Shown: positions 1 to 10,125 of the stretch, one piece after another
Numbering within the stretch: position 1 is the first letter of the stretch
Layout of the letters: each line of letters begins with the position of its first letter
From: an uncultured Gemmatimonadales bacterium
GTDB taxonomy: Bacteria; Gemmatimonadota; Gemmatimonadetes; Longimicrobiales; Gaopeijiaceae
Assembly: GCA_963809895.1 (NCBI GenBank)
Contig: CAWELD010000010.1
Coordinates: forward strand, 1,050,123-1,114,122
DNA: 64,000 nucleotides
Direction of reading: 5' to 3'
Program-made: the position numbers and the translations under genes
Notes under the pieces: model-generated
What the model was told of the DNA's origin: nothing
Database searches by the model: none
What the model saw: the letters and a program-made list of their open reading frames with translations, nothing else

Positions 1-399
1 GTCCGCTTCGTGAAGCTCGTCCAGGACCAGTGCGGTGCGGGGGGCGAGGAGGTCGGCCGACCTCGCCAGGGCGGCGCCCACGGCCCGAGCCTCGGGCGAG
101 ACCGCTTCCAGCCCGGCGCGCGCGGACCCGGCGGGTGCCCCCAGCCCCTCCAGCGCCGTCGCCGTTCGCCGGGCTGCGTCGGCCCATTCGTCGCCGGGCA
201 GGAGGGTGACCCAGCCCACGGCCTGCTTCCGGTGGTGCGCCCATCCGGCCAACGCCCAGCTCTTTCCCCATCCCCCCGCCGCCTCCACGGCCACCACCCT
301 CACCGGCTCCGGCGCCTCCAGGAGCGTCGAGATCCGCTCCCGGTGGACGTGGACAGGCGAAAGGGGCGGTGCCGACGTCAAGGGCCTCCCCCGGTACAC
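1..399 (-). CDS. MalT-like/AAA ATPase regulator, N-terminal fragment (runs off window start)
   Basis: Not in the ORF track. Manual translation gives HRERISTLL..RVVAVEAAGGWGKSWALAGWA..VGWVTL (Walker A-like) and ALVLDELHEAD (Walker B-like). Start is GTG 399 (GGAGG upstream) or TTG 381. Confidence 0.55.
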   Translation of the reverse strand, partial: MYRGRPLTSAPPLSPVHVHRERISTLLEAPEPVRVVAVEAAGGWGKSWALAGWAHHRKQAVGWVTLLPGDEWADAARRTATALEGLGAPAGSARAGLEAVSPEARAVGAALARSADLLAPRTALVLDELHEAD

Positions 400-517
400 G
401 CGATCACGATCCTCCTCCCGCACGACGAAGACGCCGGTCAGGCCCGGCGCGAGGCCGCCACGATACGAGCCGGCCCGGGAGGTGGGCAACGGCGACGAGC
501 CGGGTTCGACGCGAAGG

Positions 518-1036
518 TCAGCGCTCGTGACGAAAGACGGTGATGGCAGAATCTCCGACCAGATGGCGCTTGCCCCGACCCGGTAGCGGGTGTTCCGCGC
601 CGGTCTCCACCGTCAGCAACCCCGCCCAGGGCACCTCGCGCCAGAGCCGGACGATCCGGTCCGAAAGGCGCGAGGTGTAGGGTGGATCGCAGAGACAGAG
701 ATCGTACGCGCCGGGCTCCAGGCGCTCGATGAACGAGAGCGCGTCCATGCGGAAGATGCGGGTGCGCTCCTGGACGCGGAGCTTCGCCACGTTGGCCTTG
801 AGCGCGTGCAGCGCCCCCGGCCCGTTCTCCACGAAATCGACGGACGCCGCTCCGCGCGAGAGGGCCTCCAGGCCCAGGGCTCCCGTGCCGGCGAAGAGCT
901 CCAGGACGCGGGCGCCCTTGAGCTCCTTCTCCACCAGCGACATCCAGGCATCCCGCACGGGCTCGGCCGTGGGGCGCACGCGCCCCCCGGGGGACACGAG
1001 GTCGGTACCGGCCCAGCGGCCGCGAACGATGCGCAT
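518..1036 (-). CDS. rsmD: 16S rRNA m2G966 methyltransferase RsmD family
   Basis: MRIVRG..VRPT..VRDA, VLELFAGTGALGLEALSRGA, DPPY motif; start trimmed to ATG 1036. Confidence 0.9.
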   Translation of the reverse strand: MRIVRGRWAGTDLVSPGGRVRPTAEPVRDAWMSLVEKELKGARVLELFAGTGALGLEALSRGAASVDFVENGPGALHALKANVAKLRVQERTRIFRMDALSFIERLEPGAYDLCLCDPPYTSRLSDRIVRLWREVPWAGLLTVETGAEHPLPGRGKRHLVGDSAITVFRHER

Positions 1037-1198
1037 GGCAGGCAGTTCCTGGGGGGCGGAGCGGTGAGCCTTCCTCTTCAACGCTACCACCGGCCGGCGG
1101 CGACTCGCCATTCTCGCGTTTAACGCTCGCCGGGGCTCGGGCCTCCCACACTCGAACAGGCGACGACGCCACGGTACTCCCTCCCACCAGGAGGCCCA

Positions 1199-2470
1199 AT
1201 GGGCATCCGGCGACGCACTCCGTTCCTGCAGACACTCCTCATGGGTCTGGCGCCGGTGGCGTTGGGGGCCTGCGCCGATGGCGATTCCCCCGCCACGATC
1301 GGGGTGGACCTCCCGGATCCGGCCGCGGGCGCCGAGGCCTTCACCACGGCGTGCGCGGAGTGCCATGGGAGTGGCGACGGCTTCGATCTGGCCCTCTTCG
1401 GATTCGCGGACACGACCATCGTGCGCCGGGCCGTCGCTCACGTGGACACCGCGACGGCGCTGGACATCGTGGCGCACGTGAGGAGCCTCGGCGTGGCGTC
1501 CATGGGCGAGGAGCGGCGGCCCTTCCAGCCCGCGGTCCAGCCGGTAGCCGACGACGAAGCCTTCGCCGTGGCGCTCTTCGGAGACGACGCCTGGCCGGTG
1601 ATGGACGAAGGCACCCTGAGCGACATCGACCCGAGGGTGGTCGCGACGGCGGTGGCCTTCCCGCGCTGGTCCGACGAGGACAGCAACCTCGATTGGATGC
1701 CCGATGCGCCGCTACCTCCCGATCTGCTCGATGCTCGGGGTGGCATGGCCCGGGCCACGCTGGCGGGCTATTACGCGGCCCCCACCGATGACAACCTGGC
1801 CCGGACCGTCGGGTTGTTGCGCGCCCTGTCCAGAGACCCCGCCGGTGCCGGCGCCGCTTGTCGCCTGGACGAGGAGCGCCGGCTCGCGGATCCCGAAGCG
1901 TGTTTCGAGATCGACCGTTGGATCGCGGCCCTGGCGGCTCAGCACATGCTCCGCAACGGGCGTGAGCTCCAGGGGATGCCCGTCGTACGCGACGCCTTCT
2001 GGGACGTGGGCATGGCGGCGCGCCGGTCGCTGGTGTCGAACCTCGATCCGGTGGACAACGCCGAGGCCAACTGGGGCGTGTGGATGTACCTGGGGTGGAC
2101 GTTCGAGCCGGGCCGGCACGCGTCGGTCTACACGGCGTCGGCGCTGACCAGGGCGGGCCTGCCTCGGCACGCGACCTTCGTAGCGCTCCGCAGTCTGGTG
2201 GCCCGTCCCCCTGGGACACCCATGCCCTTCCAGGACCTGCGCGTCGCGGCGTCGAGCGCGCCGGACCGCTGGCTGGCGACAGCCTACGAGACCGGACTCT
2301 CGGCGCTGGAGGCTCGGGAGCGACGCGGCATGGGACCCGATGCTCCCGAGGCGCGGGCCGACGCGGCGGATGCCCTGGAGGGAGCCGCGGCCGTTCTCCG
2401 AAGGCGGCTGGGCGTCGACGCCTCGCGAACGCTGGTGGAGCGGACCCTGTCGCTGGTCAACGCGCTGTAG
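1199..2470 (+). CDS. Lipoprotein with a single c-type heme motif, function unknown
   Basis: AGGAGG RBS, lipobox LGAC, one CAECH motif, long C-terminal region I do not recognise. Confidence 0.7.
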   Translation: MGIRRRTPFLQTLLMGLAPVALGACADGDSPATIGVDLPDPAAGAEAFTTACAECHGSGDGFDLALFGFADTTIVRRAVAHVDTATALDIVAHVRSLGVASMGEERRPFQPAVQPVADDEAFAVALFGDDAWPVMDEGTLSDIDPRVVATAVAFPRWSDEDSNLDWMPDAPLPPDLLDARGGMARATLAGYYAAPTDDNLARTVGLLRALSRDPAGAGAACRLDEERRLADPEACFEIDRWIAALAAQHMLRNGRELQGMPVVRDAFWDVGMAARRSLVSNLDPVDNAEANWGVWMYLGWTFEPGRHASVYTASALTRAGLPRHATFVALRSLVARPPGTPMPFQDLRVAASSAPDRWLATAYETGLSALEARERRGMGPDAPEARADAADALEGAAAVLRRRLGVDASRTLVERTLSLVNAL

Positions 2471-5075
2471 CACCCGCGCCCCGGCCGGTGCCGCCACCCT
2501 CCGGAACGGCACCGGTATCGGGAGGGGTCGTGTCGGGACGCATGCGAAGACCCGCCGAATCGGGCATGGGGGCCGGCACGCTGTCGGTGCGCACCGGGCC
2601 GGGCCCGCCTCCGTTCAACGGCAGGCGCACCCGGGTGCGCACCCGGGCCTCGTCGCTGCCCCGGAGGGCGTCGGGCATGAGGCCGGCGGGTCGTTGGAAC
2701 GGTTCCCGCCCGATCCCGGGCAGGAGCCAGGGCCGCAGAAGCCTCTCGATCACCGTGAGCTCGACGGGGGTCGCGCCGGCGCCGGTGGTGATTCCCACCG
2801 CCACCGTGTCGCCCGGGGTGCCCCAGTGCAGGAGGGTGCGCACCGGCCCGCCCGCCGAGTCCGCCGGCGGAGGCACGGGCACGCCGTTCACCGACACGAA
2901 CGCGGCCTGGCTGCCTTCCTCGAGCTCCAGGACGAGCACTTCCGCGCCGATTCCCGAGGCCACCCCCACCACCAGTTCGCCCACCGAAGCCGCGCTGTCG
3001 GTACGGGAGACGATGGCCGGGGGGGGCGCCTGTAGCGCGGGGCCGGGGCCGGTGTGGAAGCGGCCGCGCAGGAGGAAGCCCGCAAGCGAATCCTGCTGCA
3101 CCAGCTCTCCCACCGCGCTCTGGGCCCATTCCAGGCCCGGATCACGGGATGCCCAGCGGGCCGTGCCCGCTTCCCGGTCCGCCACGTACAGCAGCGTGGT
3201 GGCCTGAGGTCGGGAGGGGCTGGGGCCCGCGCGCAGGATGCCGGTGGCCACGGCTCCGCCGGCCACGACCAGCGCGAGCACGGGCGCCCACCATCGGTTC
3301 GGCTCGTCGAGGCTGTCCAGTGCGGGGAGCAGCATCAGCAGGGTGAGCGCGGACAGGGCGCCCACGGCGGCGGCGACCTGGAATCCGAAGCCTCGCCACA
3401 CCAGCGCCGTCAGGGGGACCGTCAGGACCATCACCGGCACCGCGAGCAGGAGGGTGAGCACCCACACTGCCAGCGGGTGCTTGCGGCGCGGGCGGGGCAC
3501 GGCCACCAGCGCCGTGGCCAGGAGCGCCGCCGCCAGCGGAACCTGGAGGTTGACGGCGCCCAGGGGCACGGTCCAGGTGAGGGCCACGGTGGCGGCCAGC
3601 GGAACCACCAGGGCCCCGACCAGCAACCCACCCAGAGACATGCGGCGGCGGGCGAGGGTGAACAGCGACAGGACCAACACCAGGGCCACGGCCACGACCC
3701 CCAGCACATAGGGTCCCTCGCCGTAGAACGAGCCGGCGACCAGCGTGCCGTACTCGGCGTGCCGGGGACGGAGCCACTGGAACAGTCCCCACCCCGCGCC
3801 GGCGGCTCCCGCCACGGCCACGAGCCCGAGAACGAGCCCCGTGACCATCTCGCGCCAGGCCGCGCCTCGCGCCCGGGCCAGCGCGGCCACGGCGAGCAGC
3901 AGCACGGCCAGCCCCACGGTGATGGGAAGCGACCATCCGCCGGGGTAGTCCACCAGGCCCAGGAACGGCACCGTGAAGTAGGCTCGATCCGGTGCGTCGA
4001 CGTCGGACAGGTCGTCGTCGCCCAGGGCCCGCGTCAGAGCCAGCACCTGCAAGCCGTGGTGTTCCAGCGTGCCCTCGCTGACGTTCTCGGGCACGTCGGT
4101 GGCCTGATGGTAGATCTCGGGGCTGCCGATGGCGGCGAAGTTGAGTCCCTGCACACCGGACTCCCTCAGCGGCGTGAAGTCCGTGTCGTTCGGCATACGC
4201 CGATACAGGGCCACCGTCAGGGAGTTGGCGAAGGGACGGGGATCGGCGCCGGCCAGCGCCTGGATGATCCACCCGTTGTCGGCGCCGGTCTCGAACATGA
4301 TGGACGGGCCCGATCCCCCGCGCATCTCGACGGACAACGCGACGGAGACATCGGCCAGCCAGGGGTCGTCCCGTACGAAGGCCCGCGATCCGAGCAGGCC
4401 CAGCTCCTCGCCGTCGGTGATCAGGATGATCAGGTCGTTCCGGAGCGGCGGACCGGCCTGCATGGCCCGCAGCGTTTCCAGGATGGTGGCCACGCCCATG
4501 CCGTCGTCGCCGGCGCCGTGGGACAGCGGCACGGCGTCGTAGTGGGCCGTCAGCAGGACGGCACCGGTGGACGACGTGCCTGGCACCCGGGCCACGATGT
4601 CGTGCACCACCGCCGAGTGGACGGCGCCCCCCCGACGCACCACCGAGGTGGCGGAGTCGACCCGGGGATCGAGGCCCAGGGTGCGCAGGCGATCCACGAT
4701 GAGCTCGCGCACGCGAGCGTTCTCCGGCGAGCCCGTGGGGTGGGGCGCCCGGGCGATCTCCACCAGCTCGGCCATGGCGCGTCCCGACGAGAACACCGAG
4801 TCGGGAGCGTTGGCCGCCACCGGGGCCGGCACCGCCCGGCCCGGGCTCGACATCCACGCGGCTACCAACAGGACGACCAGCGTCACGGCTCCACGCCACG
4901 GGCTCCGCGCTTCCGGGGGAGGGGCCGCGGGCGCGGGTCGAGGGGGCTCGGACCCGGGAGGCGGCGTGGCCTCGCCGGAGGCCTCGTCGGCCCCGGGCTC
5001 CTCTTCGGAGAGCCCGGCGATTCCCAACTCCTCGTCGGATGGAAGCTCGGGAATCTTGTAGTCGTCGCTGCTCAT
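2457..5075 (-). CDS. Membrane-bound M28 family metallopeptidase
   Basis: AHYDAVP, GAGDDG, TDGEELG, EMRG and YHQ metal-ligand motifs followed by a multi-TM region. Confidence 0.88.
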   Translation of the reverse strand: MSSDDYKIPELPSDEELGIAGLSEEEPGADEASGEATPPPGSEPPRPAPAAPPPEARSPWRGAVTLVVLLVAAWMSSPGRAVPAPVAANAPDSVFSSGRAMAELVEIARAPHPTGSPENARVRELIVDRLRTLGLDPRVDSATSVVRRGGAVHSAVVHDIVARVPGTSSTGAVLLTAHYDAVPLSHGAGDDGMGVATILETLRAMQAGPPLRNDLIILITDGEELGLLGSRAFVRDDPWLADVSVALSVEMRGGSGPSIMFETGADNGWIIQALAGADPRPFANSLTVALYRRMPNDTDFTPLRESGVQGLNFAAIGSPEIYHQATDVPENVSEGTLEHHGLQVLALTRALGDDDLSDVDAPDRAYFTVPFLGLVDYPGGWSLPITVGLAVLLLAVAALARARGAAWREMVTGLVLGLVAVAGAAGAGWGLFQWLRPRHAEYGTLVAGSFYGEGPYVLGVVAVALVLVLSLFTLARRRMSLGGLLVGALVVPLAATVALTWTVPLGAVNLQVPLAAALLATALVAVPRPRRKHPLAVWVLTLLLAVPVMVLTVPLTALVWRGFGFQVAAAVGALSALTLLMLLPALDSLDEPNRWWAPVLALVVAGGAVATGILRAGPSPSRPQATTLLYVADREAGTARWASRDPGLEWAQSAVGELVQQDSLAGFLLRGRFHTGPGPALQAPPPAIVSRTDSAASVGELVVGVASGIGAEVLVLELEEGSQAAFVSVNGVPVPPPADSAGGPVRTLLHWGTPGDTVAVGITTGAGATPVELTVIERLLRPWLLPGIGREPFQRPAGLMPDALRGSDEARVRTRVRLPLNGGGPGPVRTDSVPAPMPDSAGLRMRPDTTPPDTGAVPEGGGTGRGAGATAR

Positions 5076-5237
5076 GGCCTGGGGTGGTGGCGGGGCGAGA
5101 GGGTCGGCACAGGTCCCTACGGATCATCCATGCGAATGGTGCCGACGCCGGGGTCGGGACGCCAGGGGAGCGGCCTCCTCTGCGGGCGACCTTCGGCCCG
5201 CCGTTCCGTCCGAGTCCGCGCCGTCGCCCGACCGCCT

Positions 5238-5267
5238 TTGACAATTGAGGTCGGTATGCGCGTATTG
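5238..5267 (+). promoter_or_regulatory. Candidate sigma70-type promoter for the DUF5916 gene
   Basis: Exact TTGACA at 5238-5243, with only a weak -10 (CGTATT/GTATTG) 17-18 nt downstream. Confidence 0.3.
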
Positions 5268-5308
5268 GGGGGTCCTCCAGACGTGGTTTCTTCGCAACTC
5301 CCGGTGGT

Positions 5309-7540
5309 ATGCGCCCCTTTCGCACACTCGTGGTCGTCGCCTGGACGGCGCTCCTGCTTCAACTCGCCGCGGGCGAGCTGGAGGCGTCGTCCGCCCCGCG
5401 ACTCGTGGCCGGATCCGACACCCTGGCCGCACTCCGCATCGATCCGGACCTCGAGGGTGGGGTCCACGTCGACGGCTTGCTGTCGGAGCCCTTCTGGCAA
5501 CGGGCGGCGGTGATCGACGGCTTCATGCAGAGGGAGCCCGAGGAAGGGGTGCCGGCCACGGAGACCACCGAGGTGCGAGTGGTCTACGACGACGATGCCC
5601 TCTATGTGGGGATCGTCGCCCGTGACTCGGAGCCCCAACGCATCGTCGCTCGATTGCTCCAGCGGGACCGCATCCTGTCCCGCGGAGGGTTCGGGGGATT
5701 CAGCTTCGCCGGCGACGACGCCGTGGCTCTTCTCCTCGATCCCTTCCACGATCACCGCAACGGCGTCGTGCTGGCCACCAATCCCAACGGAGCCCAGTAC
5801 GATGCCCTGGTCTCCGACGAGGGCTCGGAGATCAACACCGACTGGCGGGGGGTGTGGGAGGTGCGGGCGCAGCGCATCCCGGAGGGTTGGAGCGCCGAGT
5901 TCGCGATCCCCTGGCGCAGCCTCCGTTATCCCGGAGGCGGGCAGGACGGTGTGTGGGGATTCAACGTCTACCGCATGATCCAGCGAAAGAAGGAGGAGGT
6001 GCTGTGGCGCGGCTGGGAGCGCGAAGGGGGCGGCTTCCAGCGGGTCAGCCAGGCCGGCCACCTGGCGGGGCTCCACGACCTGCCGCGGCCGGGGCTCAAC
6101 GTCGAGGTCAAGCCGTTCGCGCTGGCCGAGACCACCCGGGCGCGTAGCGAAGTCGGGGACTACTCCAACGACAACCAGTTCGATGTGGGTCTGGACGTGA
6201 AGAGCGAGCTCCGGCCGGGGCTGGTCATGGACCTCACGGCCAATACCGACTTCGCGCAGGTCGAGGTGGACGATCAACAGGTCAACCTGACGCGCTTCAA
6301 CCTCTTCTTTCCCGAGAAGCGGGACTTCTTCCTGGAGAACGCCGGCATCTTCCAGTTCGGCCAGCCCGGCTTCATGGAGACCCCGCCCTACCTCATGTTC
6401 TTCAGCCGGCGCATCGGCATCGGCCCGGAGGGCGAGGTGCCGATCCTCGGCGGGGGTCGGGTCACCGGGCGCGTGGGCGGTCAGACCGTGGGCGCCATGA
6501 TGGTGGCCACCGACGATGCGTCGGGGCGGGACAAGGAGCTCTTCAGCGTGGCCCGCATCAAGCGCGACGTGGGCGAGAGCGACTACCTCGGTGCCATGCT
6601 CACCGACCGTCGCGGTGACGGTCCCGGCAATACCGTCGTGGGGTTGGACGGGCAATTCCACCTGCATCCGACGCTGACCCTGGCGGGCTTCATGGCCCGA
6701 AGCTTCACCGCGGGTGAGGGGGGTGACGGGCTGGCGTACCAGGGTTCACTGGACCTGACCACCGACCTTTGGGGCGGATACGCCCAGTTCTTTCGGGTGG
6801 ACCCCGAGGCCGTGGCACGCTCCGGCTTCATCACCCGCACCGACATCCAGCGGAGCCAGCTCTTCCTGCGTCGGCGGCTCAGGCCTGCTGGACTCGGCCT
6901 GCGGCTGGTGGACTTCCGGCTGAGCGGATCCTACCAGAGTCACACCGACGGCCGCTTCCAGGACTACAGCCTCGGAGCCACCGCGGCCCCCACCTGGAAC
7001 GCCGGCGACAACGTCTCGTTGGCCTACACCGCGGGTGAGACGCGCGTGGACGATCCCTTTCCCCTGGCCGACTCCCTGCCCGTGCCCGCGGGACGCTACG
7101 CCACGGACAACTGGTCGGCGTCGGCGAGCTCCAGCAGCGCCCGCCCCTGGGTGGTGAGCGGGAACTTGCGTGGTGCCGACTTCTACGGCGGCGATCTCCT
7201 GGCCTGGGGCGGGAGCCTCTCGGTCACCCCCACGCCCTCGCTATCACTCACCGGGAGCTTCAGCCGGAACGACGTCTCCATTCCGTCGGGGTCGTTCACC
7301 GCCGACATCGTGACGCTGCGAGGGATCTGGGCGCTGTCCACCCGGGTGACCACGAACGCGCTGGTCCAGTACAACCGTCTGACGGAAGATCTGATCACCA
7401 ACGTCCGCTTCAACTTCATTCACCGGCCCGGAAGCGACCTCTACGTGGTCTTCACCGAGGCGCGGGGCGTGGAGGGCGATCTCTGGACGCTGGGGGATCG
7501 CGGGCTGGTGGTGAAGCTGACCTGGCTGCAGCGCTTCTGA
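5309..7540 (+). CDS. CBM9-like + DUF5916 outer-membrane protein
   Basis: Signal peptide; IDPDLE..VDGLLSE..W, FMQREP, DPFHD..NPNG, NTDFAQVEVD..NLTRF.LFFPEKRDFFLE; C-terminal ..WLQRF. Confidence 0.85.
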   Translation: MRPFRTLVVVAWTALLLQLAAGELEASSAPRLVAGSDTLAALRIDPDLEGGVHVDGLLSEPFWQRAAVIDGFMQREPEEGVPATETTEVRVVYDDDALYVGIVARDSEPQRIVARLLQRDRILSRGGFGGFSFAGDDAVALLLDPFHDHRNGVVLATNPNGAQYDALVSDEGSEINTDWRGVWEVRAQRIPEGWSAEFAIPWRSLRYPGGGQDGVWGFNVYRMIQRKKEEVLWRGWEREGGGFQRVSQAGHLAGLHDLPRPGLNVEVKPFALAETTRARSEVGDYSNDNQFDVGLDVKSELRPGLVMDLTANTDFAQVEVDDQQVNLTRFNLFFPEKRDFFLENAGIFQFGQPGFMETPPYLMFFSRRIGIGPEGEVPILGGGRVTGRVGGQTVGAMMVATDDASGRDKELFSVARIKRDVGESDYLGAMLTDRRGDGPGNTVVGLDGQFHLHPTLTLAGFMARSFTAGEGGDGLAYQGSLDLTTDLWGGYAQFFRVDPEAVARSGFITRTDIQRSQLFLRRRLRPAGLGLRLVDFRLSGSYQSHTDGRFQDYSLGATAAPTWNAGDNVSLAYTAGETRVDDPFPLADSLPVPAGRYATDNWSASASSSSARPWVVSGNLRGADFYGGDLLAWGGSLSVTPTPSLSLTGSFSRNDVSIPSGSFTADIVTLRGIWALSTRVTTNALVQYNRLTEDLITNVRFNFIHRPGSDLYVVFTEARGVEGDLWTLGDRGLVVKLTWLQRF

Positions 7541-7552
7541 GCCCGCCGGGTT

Positions 7553-7744
7553 TCAGCCGACGCGCCCGTCTCCGTCCAGGTCCTCGCCGAACCGCGTCTC
7601 CAGGGCCTTCAACAACTGCATCAGGGCCTGATTCGTGCGCGTCAGCTCGTCCTCGAGCTCGGCCACACGGTATTCGAGTGACGCGGCGCGGTCTCGTGTC
7701 TCGTTGATCTGTCCGTGTTGGATCAGGTCCCAGATCAGGCCCAT
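7553..7744 (-). CDS. Small coiled-coil hypothetical protein
   Basis: 63 aa, GGAGG RBS, heptad pattern, ends DLDGDGRVG. Confidence 0.7.
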   Translation of the reverse strand: MGLIWDLIQHGQINETRDRAASLEYRVAELEDELTRTNQALMQLLKALETRFGEDLDGDGRVG

Positions 7745-7847
7745 GGCTCGCCTCCGGTGGGGAAGGTTCGTAATACGATCGGTCGTGCACTTCCGGTACG
7801 GGCGTCGCGCCTGGATTCATCGGTGGTGCGACTGCCCCGGCGCTTCC

Positions 7848-8222
7848 TCACAGCTGGGCGATGGCCATGCGCACCGGCTCCGCGCTGCGCACCGTGGTGG
7901 CGTGGCCCCGACCGGTGACGTCCTCCAGGAAGAGCACGTCACCACGACGGAAGGTGCGCACTTCACCGTCGCTCACCTGGATCTCGATCTCTCCGGACAG
8001 GAAGGCCACCCACTGACGGGTCGGTGTGGGATGCCAGTCGCCGAACCAGCCCCCCGGGGCCGTGACGAACGCGAAGCGCGAGACAGGCGTGAAGACGGAC
8101 AGGTGGAGGGGGGGCGCTGGAGGTGCGAACACCGAGGGCTCGAGGAGCGAGTCCACCTCCTGGAAGTGCGACTCGCCTGCGGCGTCGGCGAACACGCGCA
8201 GGTAGCTGGCGATCTCTGCCAT
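7848..8222 (-). CDS. Cupin-domain protein
   Basis: GESHF, DWHPTPTRQ..LSGEIE..VSDGEVR.F..GD..EDVTGRGH; start ATG 8222 with RBS. Confidence 0.85.
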   Translation of the reverse strand: MAEIASYLRVFADAAGESHFQEVDSLLEPSVFAPPAPPLHLSVFTPVSRFAFVTAPGGWFGDWHPTPTRQWVAFLSGEIEIQVSDGEVRTFRRGDVLFLEDVTGRGHATTVRSAEPVRMAIAQL

Positions 8223-8439
8223 TCCATCTCCGTGCGGGAAGGTATCGGGAGCGGGCGCTGACGAAACCGCGCATCCTGCCTCAGCGCCTGGAAATACGGC
8301 CTCGCAGCCGGCTATGGAAGGGGTGAGCGTCGGGAAGTCCCCCACAGTCGTCCACGAAGCGCTCCCCGCAGCATCGCCGGGGGCTCCTGGGGAGATTTGA
8401 AGCGTCGGGACCTGTGGACCCTGACTTCGAGACGATTTC

Positions 8440-10125
8440 ATGACCGTGGGACTTCCCGCGGTGGAGCATAGACCGGGCCTCTTCCTGGGTGACGAGGCCG
8501 TCGCCCTGGGCGCGCTGCACGCGGGCATCTCCGCCGCCTACGCATATCCTGGCACACCATCCACCGAGATCTTCGAGTTCCTGTCGGCCGCCGCCAGGCA
8601 CGACTCGAAGGTTGCCGCGCACTGGTGCGCCAACGAGAAGACCGCCCTGGAGCAGGCGCTGGGCGTGTCCATGATGAACCGGCGGGTCCTCGTGTCCATG
8701 AAGCACGTGGGCCTGAACGTGGCCATGGATCCGTTCGTAAACGCCGCCCTCGTGGGAATCCGCGGCGGTCTGGTCCTGGCCGTGGCCGACGACCCGGGCA
8801 TGCATTCATCGCAGAACGAGCAGGACAGCCGGATCCTGGCGGACTTCGCCCGCATTCCGATCCTGGAGCCCGCCGACCAGCAGGAGGCCTACGACATGAC
8901 ACGGGAGGCCTTCGAGCTGTCGGAGCGCTTCCAGGTGCCCGTGCTCGTTCGACTGGTCACCCGCCTCTGCCACAGCCGGGCCGCCCTCGAGACGGCTGCG
9001 CCCGCCCAGCAGCGACCTGCGGGCAAGGCGTCGGATCCTTCGGACTGGATCCTGCTGCCCGCGAACGCGCGCCGGCTGTGGAGGAACCACCTGGAGAAGC
9101 AGGAGGACCTTCTGGCGTGGTCGGAGGCCAGTGGCCACAACCGCGTCGAGCACGGCGGGGGCGAGGAGCTCGTCCCGCTCGGGGTGGTGACCACGGGGAT
9201 CGCCCGGGGCTACCTCCTGGAGAACCTGTCCGACCTGACGGATCCGTACCTGCACCTCCACGTGGGCGCGTATCCGCTGCCGGTGGAGCGCATCCGGTCG
9301 TTCGCGGGCAGGGTCGAGCGCATCCTGGTGCTGGAGGAGGGATACCCGCACCTCGAGCGCCTGCTGCGCGGAATCCTGCCGACGACGGCGGAGGTGCGTG
9401 GACGCATGTCCGGTCATCTGCCCGCCGACGGCGAGCTGACGCCCGACACCGTGCGCCTGGGTCTGGGACTGGAGCCGAGGCCGGCCCAGAGCTACGGCGG
9501 CCCGGGGATTCCCGCACGTCCGCCCCAGCTCTGCCAGGGCTGTCCTCACCGGGACTCCTACGGCGCGGTGCTGGAAGCCATCCAGGACTTCGAGACCCCC
9601 GTGGTGACCGGCGACATCGGATGCTACACGCTGGGGGCGCTGTCGCCGTTCCGCGCCATCGAGTCGTGTGTGTGCATGGGTGCCAGCATCGGCATGGCCA
9701 AGGGCGTGTCCGATGCCGGTGTTCGTCCCGTGCTGGCCGTGATCGGCGATTCCACCTTCCTGCATTCGGGGGTCACCGCCCTCATGGACGCCGCGGCCCG
9801 CGACACCGATATGACCGTCCTCATCCTGGACAACGAGACGGTGGGCATGACGGGCCAGCAGGACACGGTGCTCCCGGATTCCCGGATTCTCCCCATCGTG
9901 CTGGCGTTGGGAGTGGATCCCGCCCACGTGCACCAGGCCGAGGCCCATCCGCGCAAGACACAGGAGATGGCGGCCCTGCTCCGGAGAGAGATGGACCACC
10001 CGGGGCTGTCCGTGATCGTCGGCGTACGGGAGTGCATCGTCGCCGCACGCAAGCGCAAGGCCGAGATGAAACGCGCCGTCGACCAGCTCGTCGGCGCCGG
10101 CACAGCCAAGGAGAAAGAGCGTTGA
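8440..10125 (+). CDS. iorA: Indolepyruvate:ferredoxin oxidoreductase alpha subunit
   Basis: YPGTPSTEI, NEKTALE, MKHVGLNVA, RPPQLCQGCPHR, GDIGCYTLG, IGDSTF.HSG; no C-terminal ferredoxin domain. Confidence 0.92.
   Translation: MTVGLPAVEHRPGLFLGDEAVALGALHAGISAAYAYPGTPSTEIFEFLSAAARHDSKVAAHWCANEKTALEQALGVSMMNRRVLVSMKHVGLNVAMDPFVNAALVGIRGGLVLAVADDPGMHSSQNEQDSRILADFARIPILEPADQQEAYDMTREAFELSERFQVPVLVRLVTRLCHSRAALETAAPAQQRPAGKASDPSDWILLPANARRLWRNHLEKQEDLLAWSEASGHNRVEHGGGEELVPLGVVTTGIARGYLLENLSDLTDPYLHLHVGAYPLPVERIRSFAGRVERILVLEEGYPHLERLLRGILPTTAEVRGRMSGHLPADGELTPDTVRLGLGLEPRPAQSYGGPGIPARPPQLCQGCPHRDSYGAVLEAIQDFETPVVTGDIGCYTLGALSPFRAIESCVCMGASIGMAKGVSDAGVRPVLAVIGDSTFLHSGVTALMDAAARDTDMTVLILDNETVGMTGQQDTVLPDSRILPIVLALGVDPAHVHQAEAHPRKTQEMAALLRREMDHPGLSVIVGVRECIVAARKRKAEMKRAVDQLVGAGTAKEKER

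Noticed and set aside
3054-5513. Long antisense and alternate-frame ORFs (also 8806..10929, 10948..12936, 59693..62386 and many others)
   Set aside because: Shadow ORFs expected in high-GC DNA: Arg/Pro/Gly-rich, without motifs, and overlapping well-supported genes.
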